Below, one piece after another: positions 28,601-43,600 of a stretch of 64,000 nt of DNA. Source of the stretch: Auanema rhodensis (lineage: Eukaryota; Animalia; Nematoda). The notes below the pieces were generated by a model, which did no database searches, was not told the DNA's origin, and worked only from the letters and a program-made list of their open reading frames with translations. The translations under genes and the position numbers were made by a program. The stretch is from assembly GCA_964057225.1 (NCBI GenBank), contig OZ059895.1, positions 10,912,001-10,976,000 on the forward strand. The letters run 5' to 3'. The first letter of the stretch is position 1, and every line of letters begins with the position of its first letter.

Positions 28601-31600
28601 TAAAATTGAAAATCAGCGGCATGGCGTACTTTCAACGTGGTATGGTCCTAAGCGAAAATATCTGATATTCAATGATTGACATACTTATCCTCGTTATAGT
28701 TTTTTCCAATTTCATGTTAGTTATGTAATTTTCCACGTTCCATCTGGATCCCTCGATGATATCAAATTTTATGTGCTCCAAATGCAAAAAATTAAAAAAT
28801 GTTTCACAGTTGTATAGTGTTTGAACAATGTTTGTTTTGATAGGAAATAGATAGAAACAGTGAAGTTGAGAGAAAGGTTCATTAACTACTGGTTTATAAC
28901 TGTAATATAGGAATAAGATTGAAGATAACTTGCTGCCTTGGTTTGAGCTATCTAAGTGAAACGACTTGAAAAGTGAAAACATTTATTACGGAAGAGATAA
29001 AATTGAAAATCAGCTGCATGGCGTGCTTTCAACGTGGTATAGTTGTAAGCGAAAATATCTGATATTCAATGATTAACATACTTATCCTCGTTATAGTTTT
29101 TTTTCCAATTTCATGTTAGTTATGTAATTTTCCACGTTCCATCTGGTTCCTTCGATGATATCAAATCTTATGTGCTCCAAATACAATAAATTAAAAAAGG
29201 TTTCACAGTTGTATAAAGTTTTAACAATGTTTGTTTCGATAGGAAATAGATAGAAACAGTAAAGTTGAGATGAAGGTTCATTAATTACTGGTTTATAACT
29301 GTAATATAGGAATAAGATTGAAGATAATTTTCTGCCTTGGGTTGAGCTACCTAAGTAAAACTACTTGAAAATCGGAAACATTTGTTACAGAAGAGATAAA
29401 ATTGAAAATCAGCTGCATGGCGTACTTTCAACGTGGTATAGTTGTAAGCAAAAATATCTGATATTCAATGATTTACATACTTATCCTCGTTATAGTTTAT
29501 TTCCAATTTCATGTTAGTTATGTAATTTTCCAAGTTCCATCTGGTTCCCTTGATGATATCAAATCTTATGTGCTCCAAATACAATAATTTAAAAAAGGTT
29601 TCAAAGTTGTATAGTGTTTAAACAATGTTTGTTTCGATAGGAAAAAGATAGAAACAGTAAAGTTAAGATGAAGGTTCAATAACTACTGGTTTATAACTGT
29701 AATATAGTAAAAAGATTGAAGATAACTTGCTGCCTTGGTTTGAGCTATCTAAGTGAAACGACTTGAAAAGTGAAAACATTTATTACGGAAGAGATAAAAT
29801 TGAAAATCAGCTGCATGGCGTACTTTCAACGTGGTATAGTTGTAAGCAAAAATATCTGATATTCAATGATTTACATACTTATCCTCGTTATAGTTTTTTT
29901 TCCAATTTCATGTTAGTTATGTAATTTTCCACGTTCCATCTGGTTCCTTCGATGATATCAAATCTTATGTGCTCCAAATACAATAAATTAAAAAAGGTTT
30001 CACAGTTGTATAGTGTTTTAACAATGTTTGTTTCGATAGGAAATAGATAGAAACAGTAAAGTTGAGATGAAGGTTCATTAATTACTGGTTTATAACTGTA
30101 TTATAGAAATAAGATTGAAGATAACTTGCTGCCTTGGTTTGAGCTATCTAAGTGAAACGACTTGAAAAGTGAAAACATTTATTACGGAAGAGATAAAATT
30201 GAAAATCAGCTGCATGGCGTACTTTCAACGTGGTATAGTTGTAAGCAAAAATATCTGATATTCAATGATTTACATACTTATCCTCGTTATAGTTTTTTTT
30301 CCAATTTCATGTTAGTTATGTAATTTTCCACGTTCCATCTGGTTCCTTCGATGATATCAAATCTTATGTGCTCCAAATACAATAAATTAAAAAAGGTTTC
30401 ACAGTTGTATAAAGTTTTAACAATGTTTGTTTCGATAGGAAATAGATAGAAACAGTAAAGTTGAGATGAAGGTTCATTAATTACTGGTTTATAACTGTAA
30501 TATACGAATAAGATTGAAGATAATTTTCTGCCTTGGGTTGAGCTATCTAAGTGAAACGACTTGAAAAGTGAAAACATTTATTACGGAAGAGATAAAATTG
30601 AAAATCAGCTGCATGGCGTACTTTGAACGTGGTATAGTTGTAAGCGAAAATATCTGGTATTCAATGATTTACATACTTATCCTCGTTATAGTATTTTTCC
30701 AATTTTATGTTAGTTATGTAATTTTCCACGTTGCATCTGGTTCCCTCGATGATATCAAATCTTATGTGCTCCAAATACAATAATTTAAAAAAGGTTTCAA
30801 AGTTGTATAGTGTTTAAACAATGTTTGTTTCGATAGGAAAAAGATAGAAACAGTAAAGTTAAGATGAAGGTTCATTAATTACTGGTTTATAACTGTAATA
30901 TACGAATAAGATTGAAGATAATTTTCTGCCTTGGGTTGAGCTATCTAAGTGAAACGACTTGAAAAGTGAAAACATTTATTACAAAAGAGTTAAAATCGAA
31001 AATCAGCGGCATGGCGTACTTTCAACGTGGTATGGTCCTAAGCGAAAATATCTGATATTCAATGATTGACATACTTATCCTCGTTATAGTTTTTTTTCCA
31101 ATTTTATGTTAGTTATGTAATTTTCCACGTTCCATCTGGTTCCTTCGATGATATCAAATCTTATGTGCTCCAAATACAATAAATTAAAAAAGGTTTCACA
31201 GTTGTATAAAGTTTTAACAATGTTTGTTTCGATAGGAAATAGATAGAAACAGTAAAGTTGAGATGAAGGTTCATTAATTACTGGTTTATAACTGTAATAT
31301 ACGAATAAGATTGAAGATAATTTTCTGCCTTGGGTTGAGCTATCTAAGTGAAACGACTTGAAAAGTGAAAACATTTATTACGGAAGAGATAAAATTGAAA
31401 ATCAGCTGCATGGCGTACTTTGAACGTGGTATAGTTGTAAGCGAAAATATCTGGTATTCAATGATTTACATACTTATCCTCGTTATAGTATTTTTCCAAT
31501 TTTATGTTAGTTATGTAATTTTCCACGTTCCATCTGGTTCCTTCGATGATATCAAATCTTATGTGCTCCAAATACAATAAATTAAAAAAGGTTTCACAGT

Positions 31601-34600
31601 TGTATAAAGTTTTAACAATGTTTGTTTCGATAGGAAATAGATAGAAACAGTAAAGTTGAGATGAAGGTTCATTAATTACTGGTTTATAACTGTAATATAC
31701 GAATAAGATTGAAGATAATTTTCTGCCTTGGGTTGAGCTATCTAAGTGAAACGACTTGAAAAGTGAAAACATTTATTACGGAAGAGATAAAATTGAAAAT
31801 CAGCTGCATGGCGTGCTTTCAACGTGGTATAGTTGTAAGCGAAAATATCTGATATTCAATGATTAACATACTTATCCTCGTTATAGTTTTTTTTCCAATT
31901 TTATGTTAGTTATGTAATTTTCCACGTTCCATCTGGTTCCTTCGATGATATCAAATCTTATGTGCTCCAAATACAATAAATTAAAAAAGGTTTCACAGTT
32001 GTATAAAGTTTTAACAATGTTTGTTTCGATAGGAAATAGATAGAAACAGTAAAGTTGAGATGAAGGTTCATTAATTACTGGTTTATAACTGTAATATACG
32101 AATAAGATTGAAGATAATTTTCTGCCTTGGGTTGAGCTATCTAAGTGAAACGACTTGAAAAGTGAAAACATTTATTACGGAAGAGATAAAATTGAAAATC
32201 AGCTGCATGGCGTACTTTGAACGTGGTATAGTTGTAAGCGAAAATATCTGGTATTCAATGATTTACATACTTATCCTCGTTATAGTATTTTTCCAATTTT
32301 ATGTTAGTTATGTAATTTTCCACGTTCCATCTGGTTCCTTCGATGATATCAAATCTTATGTGCTCCAAATACAATAAATTAAAAAAGGTTTCACAGTTGT
32401 ATAAAGTTTTAACAATGTTTGTTTCGATAGGAAATAGATAGAAACAGTAAAGTTGAGATGAAGGTTCATTAATTACTGGTTTATAACTGTAATATACGAA
32501 TAAGATTGAAGATAATTTTCTGCCTTGGGTTGAGCTATCTAAGTGAAACGACTTGAAAAGTGAAAACATTTATTACAAAAGAGTTAAAATTGAAAATCAG
32601 CGGCATGGCGTACTTTCAACGTGGTATGGTCCTAAGCGAAAATATCTGATATTCAATGATTGACATACTTATCCTCGTTATAGTTTTTTCCAATTTCATG
32701 TTAGTTATGTAATTTTCCACGTTCCATCTGGATCCCTCGATGATATCAAATTTTATGTGCTCCAAATGCAAAAAATTAAAAAATGTTTCACAGTTGTATA
32801 GTGTTTGAACAATGTTTGTTTTGATAGGAAATAGATAGAAACAGTGAAGTTGAGAGAAAGGTTCATTAACTACTGGTTTATAACTGTAATATAGGAATAA
32901 GATTGAAGATAACTTGCTGCCTTGGTTTGAGCTATCTAAGTGAAACGACTTGAAAAGTGAAAACATTTATTACGGAAGAGATAAAATTGAAAATCAGCTG
33001 CATGGCGTGCTTTCAACGTGTTATAGTTGTAAGCGAAAATATCTGATATTCAATGATTAACATACTTATCCTCGTTATAGTTTTTTTTCCAATTTCATGT
33101 TAGTTATGTAATTTTCCACGTTCCATCTGGTTCCTTCGATGATATCAAATCTTATGTGCTCCAAATACAATAAATTAAAAAAGGTTTCACAGTTGTATAA
33201 AGTTTTAACAATGTTTGTTTCGATAGGAAATAGATAGAAACAGTAAAGTTGAGATGAAGGTTCATTAATTACTGGTTTATAACTGTAATATAGGAATAAG
33301 ATTGAAGATAATTTTCTGCCTTGGGTTGAGCTACCTAAGTAAAACTACTTGAAAATCGGAAACATTTGTTACAGAAGAGATAAAATTGAAAATCAGCTGC
33401 ATGGCGTACTTTCAACGTGGTATAGTTGTAAGCAAAAATATCTGATATTCAATGATTTACATACTTATCCTCGTTATAGTTTATTTCCAATTTCATGTTA
33501 GTTATGTAATTTTCCAAGTTCCATCTGGTTCCCTTGATGATATCAAATCTTATGTGCTCCAAATACAATAATTTAAAAAAGGTTTCAAAGTTGTATAGTG
33601 TTTAAACAATGTTTGTTTCGATAGGAAAAAGATAGAAACAGTAAAGTTAAGATGAAGGTTCAATAACTACTGGTTTATAACTGTAATATAGTAAAAAGAT
33701 TGAAGATAACTTGCTGCCTTGGTTTGAGCTATCTAAGTGAAACGACTTGAAAAGTGAAAACATTTATTACGGAAGAGATAAAATTGAAAATCAGCTGCAT
33801 GGCGTACTTTGAACGTGGTATAGTTGTAAGCGAAAATATCTGATATTCAATGATTTACATACTTATCCTCGTTATAGTATTTTTCCAATTTTATGTTAGT
33901 TATGTAATTTTCCACGTTGCATCTGGTTCCCTCGATGATATCAAATCTTATGTGCTCCAAATACAATAATTTAAAAAAGGTTTCAAAGTTGTATAGTGTT
34001 TAAACAATGTTTGTTTCGATAGGAAAAAGATAGAAACAGTAAAGTTAAGATGAAGGTTCATTAACTACTGGTTTATAACTGTAATATAGTAAAAAGATTG
34101 AAGATAACTTGCTGCCTTGGTTTGAGCTATCTAAGTGAAACGACTTGAAAAGTGAAAACATTTATTACGGAAGAGATAAAATTGAAAATCAGCTGCATGG
34201 CGTACTTTGAACGTGGTATAGTTGTAAGCGAAAATATCTGATATTCAATGATTTACATACTTATCCTCGTTATAGTATTTTTCCAATTTTATGTTAGTTA
34301 TGTAATTTTCCACGTTGCATCTGGTTCCCTCGATGATATCAAATCTTATGTGCTCCAAATACAATAAATTGAAAAAGGTTTCACAGTTGTATAGTGTTTA
34401 AACAATGTTTGTTCCGATAGGAAATAGATAGAAACAGTAAAGTTAAAATGAAGGTTCATTAACTACTGGTTTATAACTGTAATATAGGAATAAGATTGAA
34501 GATAACTTGCTGCCTTTGTTTGAGCTATCTAAGTGAAACGACTTGAAAAGTGAAAACATTTATTACGGAAGAGATAAAATTGAAAATCAGCTGCATGGCG

Positions 34601-37600
34601 TGCTTTCAACGTGGTATAGTTGTAAGCGAAAATATCTGATATTCAATGATTAACATACTTATCCTCGTTATAGTTTTTTTTCCAATTTCATGTTAGTTAT
34701 GTAATTTTCCACGTTCCATCTGGTTCCTTTGATGATATCAAATCTTATGTGCTCCAAATACAATAAATTAAAAAAGGTTTCACAGTTGTATAGTGTTTTA
34801 ACAATGTTTGTTTCGATAGGAAATAGATAGAAACAGTAAAGTTGAGATGAAGGTTCATTAATTACTGGTTTATAACTGTAATATAGGAATAAGATTGAAG
34901 ATAATTTTCTGCCTTGGGTTGAGCTACCTAAGTAAAGCTACTTGAAAATCGGAAACATTTGTTACAGAAGAGATAAAATTGAAAATCAGCTGCATGGCGT
35001 ACTTTCAACGTGGTATAGTTGTAAGCAAAAATATCTGATATTCAATGATTTACATACTTATCCTCGTTATAGTTTTTTTCCAATTTCATGTTAGTTATGT
35101 AACTTTCCAAGTTCCATCTGGTTCCCTTGATGATATCAAATCTTATGTGCTCCAAATACAATAATTTAAAAAAGGTTTCAAAGTTGTATAGTGTTTAAAC
35201 AATGTTTGTTTCGATAGGAAAAAGATAGAAACAGTAAAGTTAAGATGAAGGTTCATTAACTACTGGTTTATAACTGTAATATAGAAAAAAGATTGAAGAT
35301 AACTTGCTGCCTTGGTTTGAGCTATCTAAGTGAAACGACTTGAAAAGTGAAAACATTTATTACGGAAGAGATAAAATTGAAAATCAGCTGCATGGCGTAC
35401 TTTGAACGTGGTATAATTGTAAGCGAAAATATCTGATATTCAATGATTTACATACTTATCCTCGTTATAGTATTTTTCCAATTTTATGTTAGTTATGTAA
35501 TTTTCCACGTTGCATCTGGTTCCCTCAATGATATCAAATCTTATGTGCTCCAAATACAATAAATTGAAAAAGGTTTCACAGTTGTATAGTGTTTAAACAA
35601 TGTTTGTTTCGATAGTAAATAGATAGAAACAGTAAAGTTAAAATGAAGATTCATTAACTACTGGTTTATAACTGTAATATAGGAATAAGATTGAAGATAA
35701 TTTTCTGCCTTGGGTTGAGCTACCTAAGTAAAACTACTTGAAAATCGGAAACATTTGTTACAGAAGAGATAAAATTGAAAATCAGCTGCATGGCGTGCTT
35801 TCAACGTGGTATAGTTGTAAGCAAAAATATCTGATATTCAATGATTAACATACTTATCCTCGTTATAGTTTTTTTTCCAATTTCATGTTAGTTATGTAAT
35901 TTTCCACGTTCCATCTGGTTCCTTCGATGATATCAAATCTTATGTGCTCCAAATACAAAAAATTAAAAAAGGTTTCACAGTTGTATAGTGTTTTAACAAT
36001 GTTTGTTTCGATAGGAAATAGATAGAAACAGTAAAGTTGAGATGAAGGTTTATTAATTACTGGTTTATAACTGTAATGTAGAAATAAGATTAAAGATAAT
36101 TTGCTGCCTTGGGTTGCGCTATCTAAGTAAAACTACTTGACAATCGGAAACATTTGTTACAGAAGAGATAAAATTGAAAATGAGCTGCATGGCGTACTTT
36201 GAACGTGGTATAGTTGAAAGCGAAAATATCTGATATTCAATGATTTACATACTTATCCTCGTTATAGTATTTTTCTAATTTCATGTTAGTTATGTAACTT
36301 TCCACGTGCCATCTGGTTCCTTCGATGATATCAAAGCTTATGTGCTCCAAATACAATAAATCAAAAAAGGGTTTCACAGTTGTATAGTGTTTTAACAATG
36401 TTTGTTTCGATAGGAAATAGATAGAAACAGTAAAGTTGAGATGAAGGTTCATTAATTACTGGTTTATAACTGTAATATAGGAATAAGATTGAAGATAATT
36501 TTCTGCCTTGGGTTGAGCTTCCTAAGTAAAACTACTTGAAAATCGGAAACATTTGTTACAGAAGAGATAAAATTGAAAATCAGCTGCATGGCGTACTTTC
36601 AACGTGGTATAGTTGTAAGCAAAAATATCTGATATTCAATGATTTACATACTTATCCTCGTTATAGTTTTTTTCCAATTTCATGTTAGTTATGTAACTTT
36701 CCAAGTTCCATCTGGTTCCCTTGATGATATCAAATCTTATGTGCTCCAAATACAATAATTTAAAAAAGGTTTCAAAGTTGTATAGTGTTTAAACAATGTT
36801 TGTTTCGATAGGAAAAAGATAGAAACAGTAAAGTTAAGATGAAGGTTCAATAACTACTGGTTTATAACTGTAATATAGAAAAAAGATTGAAGATAACTTG
36901 CTGCCTTGGTTTGAGCTATCTAAGTGAAACGACTTGAAAAGTGAAAACATTTATTACGGAAGAGATAAAATTGAAAATCAGCTGCATGGCGTACTTTGAA
37001 CGCGGTATAGTTGTAAGCGAAAATATCTGATATTCAATGATTTACATACTTATCCTCGTTATAGTATTTTTCCAATTTTATGTTAGTTATGTAATTTTCC
37101 ACGTTGCATCTGGTTCCCTCGATGATATCAAATCTTATGTGCTCCAAATACAATAAATTGAAAAAGGTTTCACAGTTGTATAGTGTTTAAACAATGTTTG
37201 TTTCGATAGGAAATAGATAGAAACAGTAAAGTTAAAATGAAGGTTCATTAACTACTGGTTTATAACTGTAATATAGGAATAAGATTGAAGATAATTTTCT
37301 GCCTTGGGTTGAGCTACCTAAGTAAAACTACTTGAAAATCGGAAACATTTGTTACAGAAGAGATAAAATTGAAAATCAGCTGCATGGCGTGCTTTCAACG
37401 TGGTATAGTTGTAAGCGAAAATATCTGATATTCAATGATTAACATACTTATCCTCGTTATAGTTTTTTTTCCAATTTCATGTTAGTTATGTAATTTTCCA
37501 CGTTCCATCTGGTTTCTTCGATGATATCAAATCTTATGTGCTCCAAATACAATAAATTAAAAAAGGTTTCACAGTTGTATAGTGTTTTAACAATGTTTGT

Positions 37601-40600
37601 TTCGATAAGAAATAGATAGAAACAGTAAAGTTGAGATGAAGGTTTATTAATTACTGGTTTATAACTGTAATGTAGAAATAAGATTAAAGATAATTTGCTG
37701 CCTTGGGTTGCGCTATCTAAGTAAAACTACTTGACAATCGGAAACATTTGTTACAGAAGAGATAAAATTGAAAATCAGCTGCATGGCGTACTTTGAACGT
37801 GGTATAGTTGAAAGCGAAAATATCTGATATTCAATGATTTACATACTTATCCTCGTTATAGTATTTTTCCAATTTCATGTTAGTTATGTAACTTTCCACG
37901 TGCCATCTGGTTCCTTCGATGATATCAAAGCTTATGTGCTCCAAATACAATAAATCAAAAAAGGGTTTCACAGTAGTATAGTGTTTTAACAATGTTTGTT
38001 TTGATAGGAAATAGATAGAAACAGTAAAGTTAAGATGAAGGTTCATTAACTACTGGTTTATGACTGTAATATAGAAATAAGATTGAAGATAATTTGCTGC
38101 CTCCGGTTGAGCTATCTAAGTAAATCTACTTGAAAAGTGAAAAAATTTGTTACGGAAGAGATAAAATTGAAAATCAGCTGCATGTCGTACTTTCAACGTG
38201 GTATAGTTGAAAGCGAAAATATCTGATTTTCAATGATTTACATACTTATCCTCGTTATAGTTTTTTTCCAATTTCATGTTAGTTATGTAACTTTCCACAT
38301 TCCATCTGGTTCCCTCGATGATATCAAAGCTTATGTGCTCCAAATACAATAAATCAAAAAAGGGTTTCACAGTTGTATAGTGTTTAAACAATGTTTGTTT
38401 CGATAGGAAATAGATAAAAAAAGTAAAGTTAAGATGAAGGTTCATTAACTACTGGTTTATGACTGTAATAAAGAAATAAGATTGAAGATAATTTGCTCCC
38501 TCCGGTTGAGCTATCTAAGTAAATCTACTTGAAAAGTGAAACCATTTGTTACGGAAGAGATAAAATTGAAAATCAGCTGCATGGCGTACTTTCAACGTGG
38601 TATAGTTGTAAGCAAAAATATCTGATATTCAATGATTTACATACTTATCCTCGTTATAGTTTTTTTCCAATTTCATGTTAGTTATGTAATTTTCCAAGTT
38701 CCATCTGATTACCTTGATGATATCAAATCTTATGTGCTCCAAATACAATAAATTGAAAAAGGTTTCAAATATGTATAGTGTTTAAACAATGTTTGTTTCG
38801 ATAGGAAAAAGATAGAAACAGTAAAGTTAAGATGAAGGTTCATTGACTACTGGTTTATAACTGTAATAGAGAAAAAAGATTGAAGATAACTTGCTGCCTT
38901 GGTTTGAGCTATCTAAGTGAAACGACTTGAAAAGTGAAAACATTTGTTACGGAAGAGATAAAATTGAAAATCAGCTGCATGGCGTGCTTTCAACGTGGTA
39001 TAGTTGTGAGCAAAAATATCTGAGATTCAATGATTTACATACTTATCCTCGTTATAGTTTTTTTCCAATTTCATGTTAGTTATGTAATTTTCCACGTGCC
39101 ATCTGGTTCCCTTGATGATATCAAATCTTATGTGCTCCAAATACAACAAATTAAAAAAGGTTTCACAGTTGTATAGTGTTCAAACAATGTTTGTTTTGAT
39201 AGGAAGTAGATAGAAACAGTGAAGTTAAAAAGAAGGTTTATTAACTACTGGTTTATAACTGTATTATAGCAATAAGATTGAATATAATTTGCTGCTTTGG
39301 GTTGAGCTATCTAAGTGAAACTACTTGAAAAGTGAAAAAATTTGTTACGGAAGAGATAAAATTGAAAATCAGCTGCATGACATACTTTCAACGTGGTATA
39401 GTTGAAAGCGAAAATATCTGATTTTCAATGATTTACATACTTATCCTCGTTATAGTTTTCTTCCAATTTCATGTTAGTTATGTAACTTTCCACGTTCCAT
39501 CTCGTTTCCTCGATGATATCAAAGCTTATGTGCTCCAAATACAATAAATAAAAAAAGGGTTTCACAGTTGTATAGTGTTTAAACAATGTTTGTTTCGATA
39601 GGAAATAGATAAAAACAGTAAAGTTAAGATGAAGGTTCATTAACTACTGGTTTATGACTGTAATATAGAAATAAGATTGAAGATAATTTGCTGCCTCCGG
39701 TTGAGCTATCTAAGTAAATCTACTTGAAAAGTGAAACCATTTGTTACGGAAGAGATAAAATTGAAAATCAGCTGCATGTCGTACTTTCAACGTGGTATAG
39801 TTGAAAGCGAAAATATCTGATTTTCAATGATTTACATACTTATCCTCGTTATAGTTTTTTTCCAATTTCATGTTAGTTATGTAACTTTCCACGTTCCATC
39901 TGGTTCCCTCGATGATATCAAAGCTTATGTGCTCCAAATACAATAAATCAAAAAAAGTTTTACAGTTGTTCAGTGTTTAAACAATGTTTGTTTTGATAAG
40001 AAATAGATAGAAACAGTAAAGTTGAGAGAAAAGTTCATTTACTGCTGGTTTTTAACTGTAAAATAAAAAAAAGATTGAAGATACTTTGCTGCCTTGGGTT
40101 GAGCTATCTAAGTAAATCTACTTTAAAAGTGAAAACATTTGTTACGGAAGAGATAAAATTGAAAATCAGCTGCATGGCGTACTTTTAACGTGGTATAGTT
40201 GTAAGCGAAAATATCTGGTATTCAATGATTTACATACTTATCCTCGTTATAGTTTTTTTTCCAATTTCCTGTTAGTTATGTAATTTTCGACGTTTCATCT
40301 GGATCCCTCGATGATAGCAATTCTTATAAGCTCCAAATACAATAAATTGAAAAAGGTTTCAAAGTTGTATAGTGTTTAAACAATGTTTGTTTCGATAGGA
40401 AAAACATAGAAACAGTAAAGTTAAGATGAAGGTTCATTGACTACTGGTTTATAACTGTATTATAGCAATAAGATTGAATATAATTTGCTGCTTTGGGTTG
40501 AGCTATCTAAGTGAAACTACTTGAAAAGTGAAAAAATTTGTTACGGAAGAGATAAAATTGAAAATCAGCTGCATGACATACTTTCAACGTGGTATAGTTG

Positions 40601-43600
40601 AGAGCGAAAATATCTGATTTTCAATGATTTACATACTTATCCTCGTTATAGTTTTCTTCCAATTTCATGTTAGTTATGTAACTTTCCACGTTCCATCTCG
40701 TTTCCTCGATGATATCAAAGCTTATGTGCTCCAAATACAATAAATAAAAAAAGGGTTTCACAGTTGTATAGTGTTTAAACAATGTTTGTTTCGATAGGAA
40801 ATAGATAAAAACAGTAAAGTTAAGATGAAGGTTCATTAACTACTGGTTTATGACTGTAATATAGAAATAAGATTGAAGATAATTTGCTGCCTCCGGTTGA
40901 GCTATCTAAGTAAATCTACTTGAAAAGTGAAAACATTTGTTACGGAAGAGATAAAATTGAAAATCAGCTGCATGTCGTACTTTCAACGTGGTATAGTTGA
41001 AAGCGAAAATATCTGATTTTCAATGATTTACATACTTATCCTCGTTATAGTTTTTTTCCAATTTCATGTTAGTTATGTAACTTTCCACGTTCCATCTGGT
41101 TCCCCCGATGATATCGAAGCTTATGTGCTCCAAATACAATAAATCAAAAAAAGTTTTACAGTTGTTCAGTGTTTAAACAATGTTTGTTTTGATAAGAAAT
41201 AGATAGAAACAGTAAAGTTGAGAGAAAAGTTCATTTACTGCTGGTTTATAACTGTAAAATAAAAAAAAGATTGAAGATACTTTGCTGCCTTGGGTTGAGC
41301 TATCTAAGTAAATCTACTTGAAAAGTGAAAACATTTGTTACGGAAGAGATAAAATTGAAAATCAGCTGCATGGCGTACTTTTAACGTGGTATAGTTGTAA
41401 GCGAAAATATCTGGTATTCAATGATTTACATACTTATCCTCGTTATAGTTTTTTTTCCAATTTCCTGTTAGTTATGTAATTTTCGACGTTTCATCTGGAT
41501 CCCTCGATGATAGCAATTCTTATAAGCTCCAAATACAATAAATTAAAAAAGGTTTCACAGTTGTATAGTGTTTAAACAATGTTTGTTTCGATAGGGAATA
41601 GATACAAACAGTAAAGTTAAAATGAAGGTTCATTAACTACTGGTTTATAACTGTAATATAGAAATAAGATTGAAGATAATTTGCTTCCTTGGGTTGAGCT
41701 ATCTAAGTAAAACTACTTAAAAAGTGAAAACAATTGTTACGGAAGAGATAAAATTGAAAATCAGCTGCATGGCGTACTTTGAACGTGGTATAGTTGTAAG
41801 CGAAAATATCTGATATTCAATGATTTACATACTTATCCTCGTTATAGTTTTTTTCCAATTTCATGTTAGTTATGTAATTTTCCACGTTCCATCTGGTTCC
41901 CTTGATGATATCAAATCTTATGTGCTCCAAAAACAATAAATTAAAAAAGGTTTCACAGTTGTATAGTGTTTTAACAATGTTTGTTTTGATAGGAAGTAGA
42001 TAGAAACAGTGAAGTTAAAAAGAAGGTTCATTAACTACTGGTTTATAACTGTATTATAGCAATAAGATTGAATATAATTTGCTGCTTTGGGTTGAGCTAT
42101 CTAAGTGAGACTACTTGAAAATTGAAAACATTTGTTACGGAAGAGATAAAATTGAAAATCAGCTGCATGGCGTTCTTTCAAAGTGGTGTAGTTGAAAGCG
42201 AAAATATCTGATATTCAATGATTTACATACTTATCCTCGTTATAGTATTTTTCCAATTTCATGTTAGTTATGTAACTTTCCACATGCCATCTGGTTCCCT
42301 CGATGATATCAAAGCTTATGTGCTCCAAATACAATAAATCAAAAAAGGGTTTCACAGTAGTATAGTGTTTAAACAATGTTTGTTTTGATAGGAAATAGAT
42401 AGAAACAGTAAAGTTAAGATGAAGGTTCATTAACTACTGGTTTATGACTGTAATATAGAAATAAGATTGAAGATAATTTGCTGCCTCCGGTTGAGCTATC
42501 TAAGTAAATCTACTTGAAAAGTGAAAAAATTTGTTACGGAAGAGATAAAATTGAAAATCAGCTGCATGTCGTACTTTCAACGTGGTATAGTTGAAAGCGA
42601 AAATATCTGATTTTCAATGATTTACATACTTATCCTCGTTATAGTTTTTTTCCAATTTCATGTTAGTTATGTAACTTTCCACGTTCCATCTGGTTCCCTC
42701 GATGATATCAAAGCTTATGTGCTCCAAATACAATAAATCAAAAAAGGGTTTCACAGTTGTATAGTGTTTAAGCAATGTTTGTTTCGATAGGAAATAGATA
42801 AAAACAGTAAAGTTAAGATGAAGGTTTATTAACTACTGGTTTATGACTGTAATATAGAAATAAGATTGAAGATAATTTGCTGCCTCCGGTTGAGCTATCT
42901 AAGTAAATCTACTTGAAAAGTGAAAACATTTGTTACAGAAGAGATAAAATTGAAAATCAGCTGCATGGCGTATTTTCAACGTGGTATAGTTGTAAGCAAA
43001 AATATCTGATATTCAATGATTTACATACTTATCCTCGTTATAGTTTTTTTCCAATTTCATGTTAGTTATGTAATTTTCCAAGTTCCATCTGGTTCCCTTG
43101 ATGATATCAAATCTTATGTGTTCCAAATACAATAAATTGAAAAAGGTTTCAAAGTTGTATAGTGTTTAAACAATGTTTGTTTCGATAGGAAAAAGATAGA
43201 AACAGTAAAGTTAAGATGAAGGTTCATTGACTACTGGTTTATAACTGTATTATAGAAATAAGATTAAAGATAATTTGCTGCCTTGGGTTGAGCTACCTAA
43301 GTAAAACTACTTGAAAATCGGAAACATTTGTTACAGAAGAGATAAAATTGAAAATCAGCTGCATGGCGTGCTTTCAACGTGGAATAGTTGTAAGCGAAAA
43401 TATCTGATATTCAATGATTAACATACGTATCCTCGTTATAGTTTTTTTTCCAATTTCATGTTAGTTATGTAATTTTCCACGTGCCATCTGGTTTCCTCGA
43501 TGATATCAAAGCTTATGTGCTCCAAATACAATAAATCAAAAAAGGTTTTCACAGTAGTATAGTGTTTAAACAATGTTTGTTTTGATAGGAAATATATAGA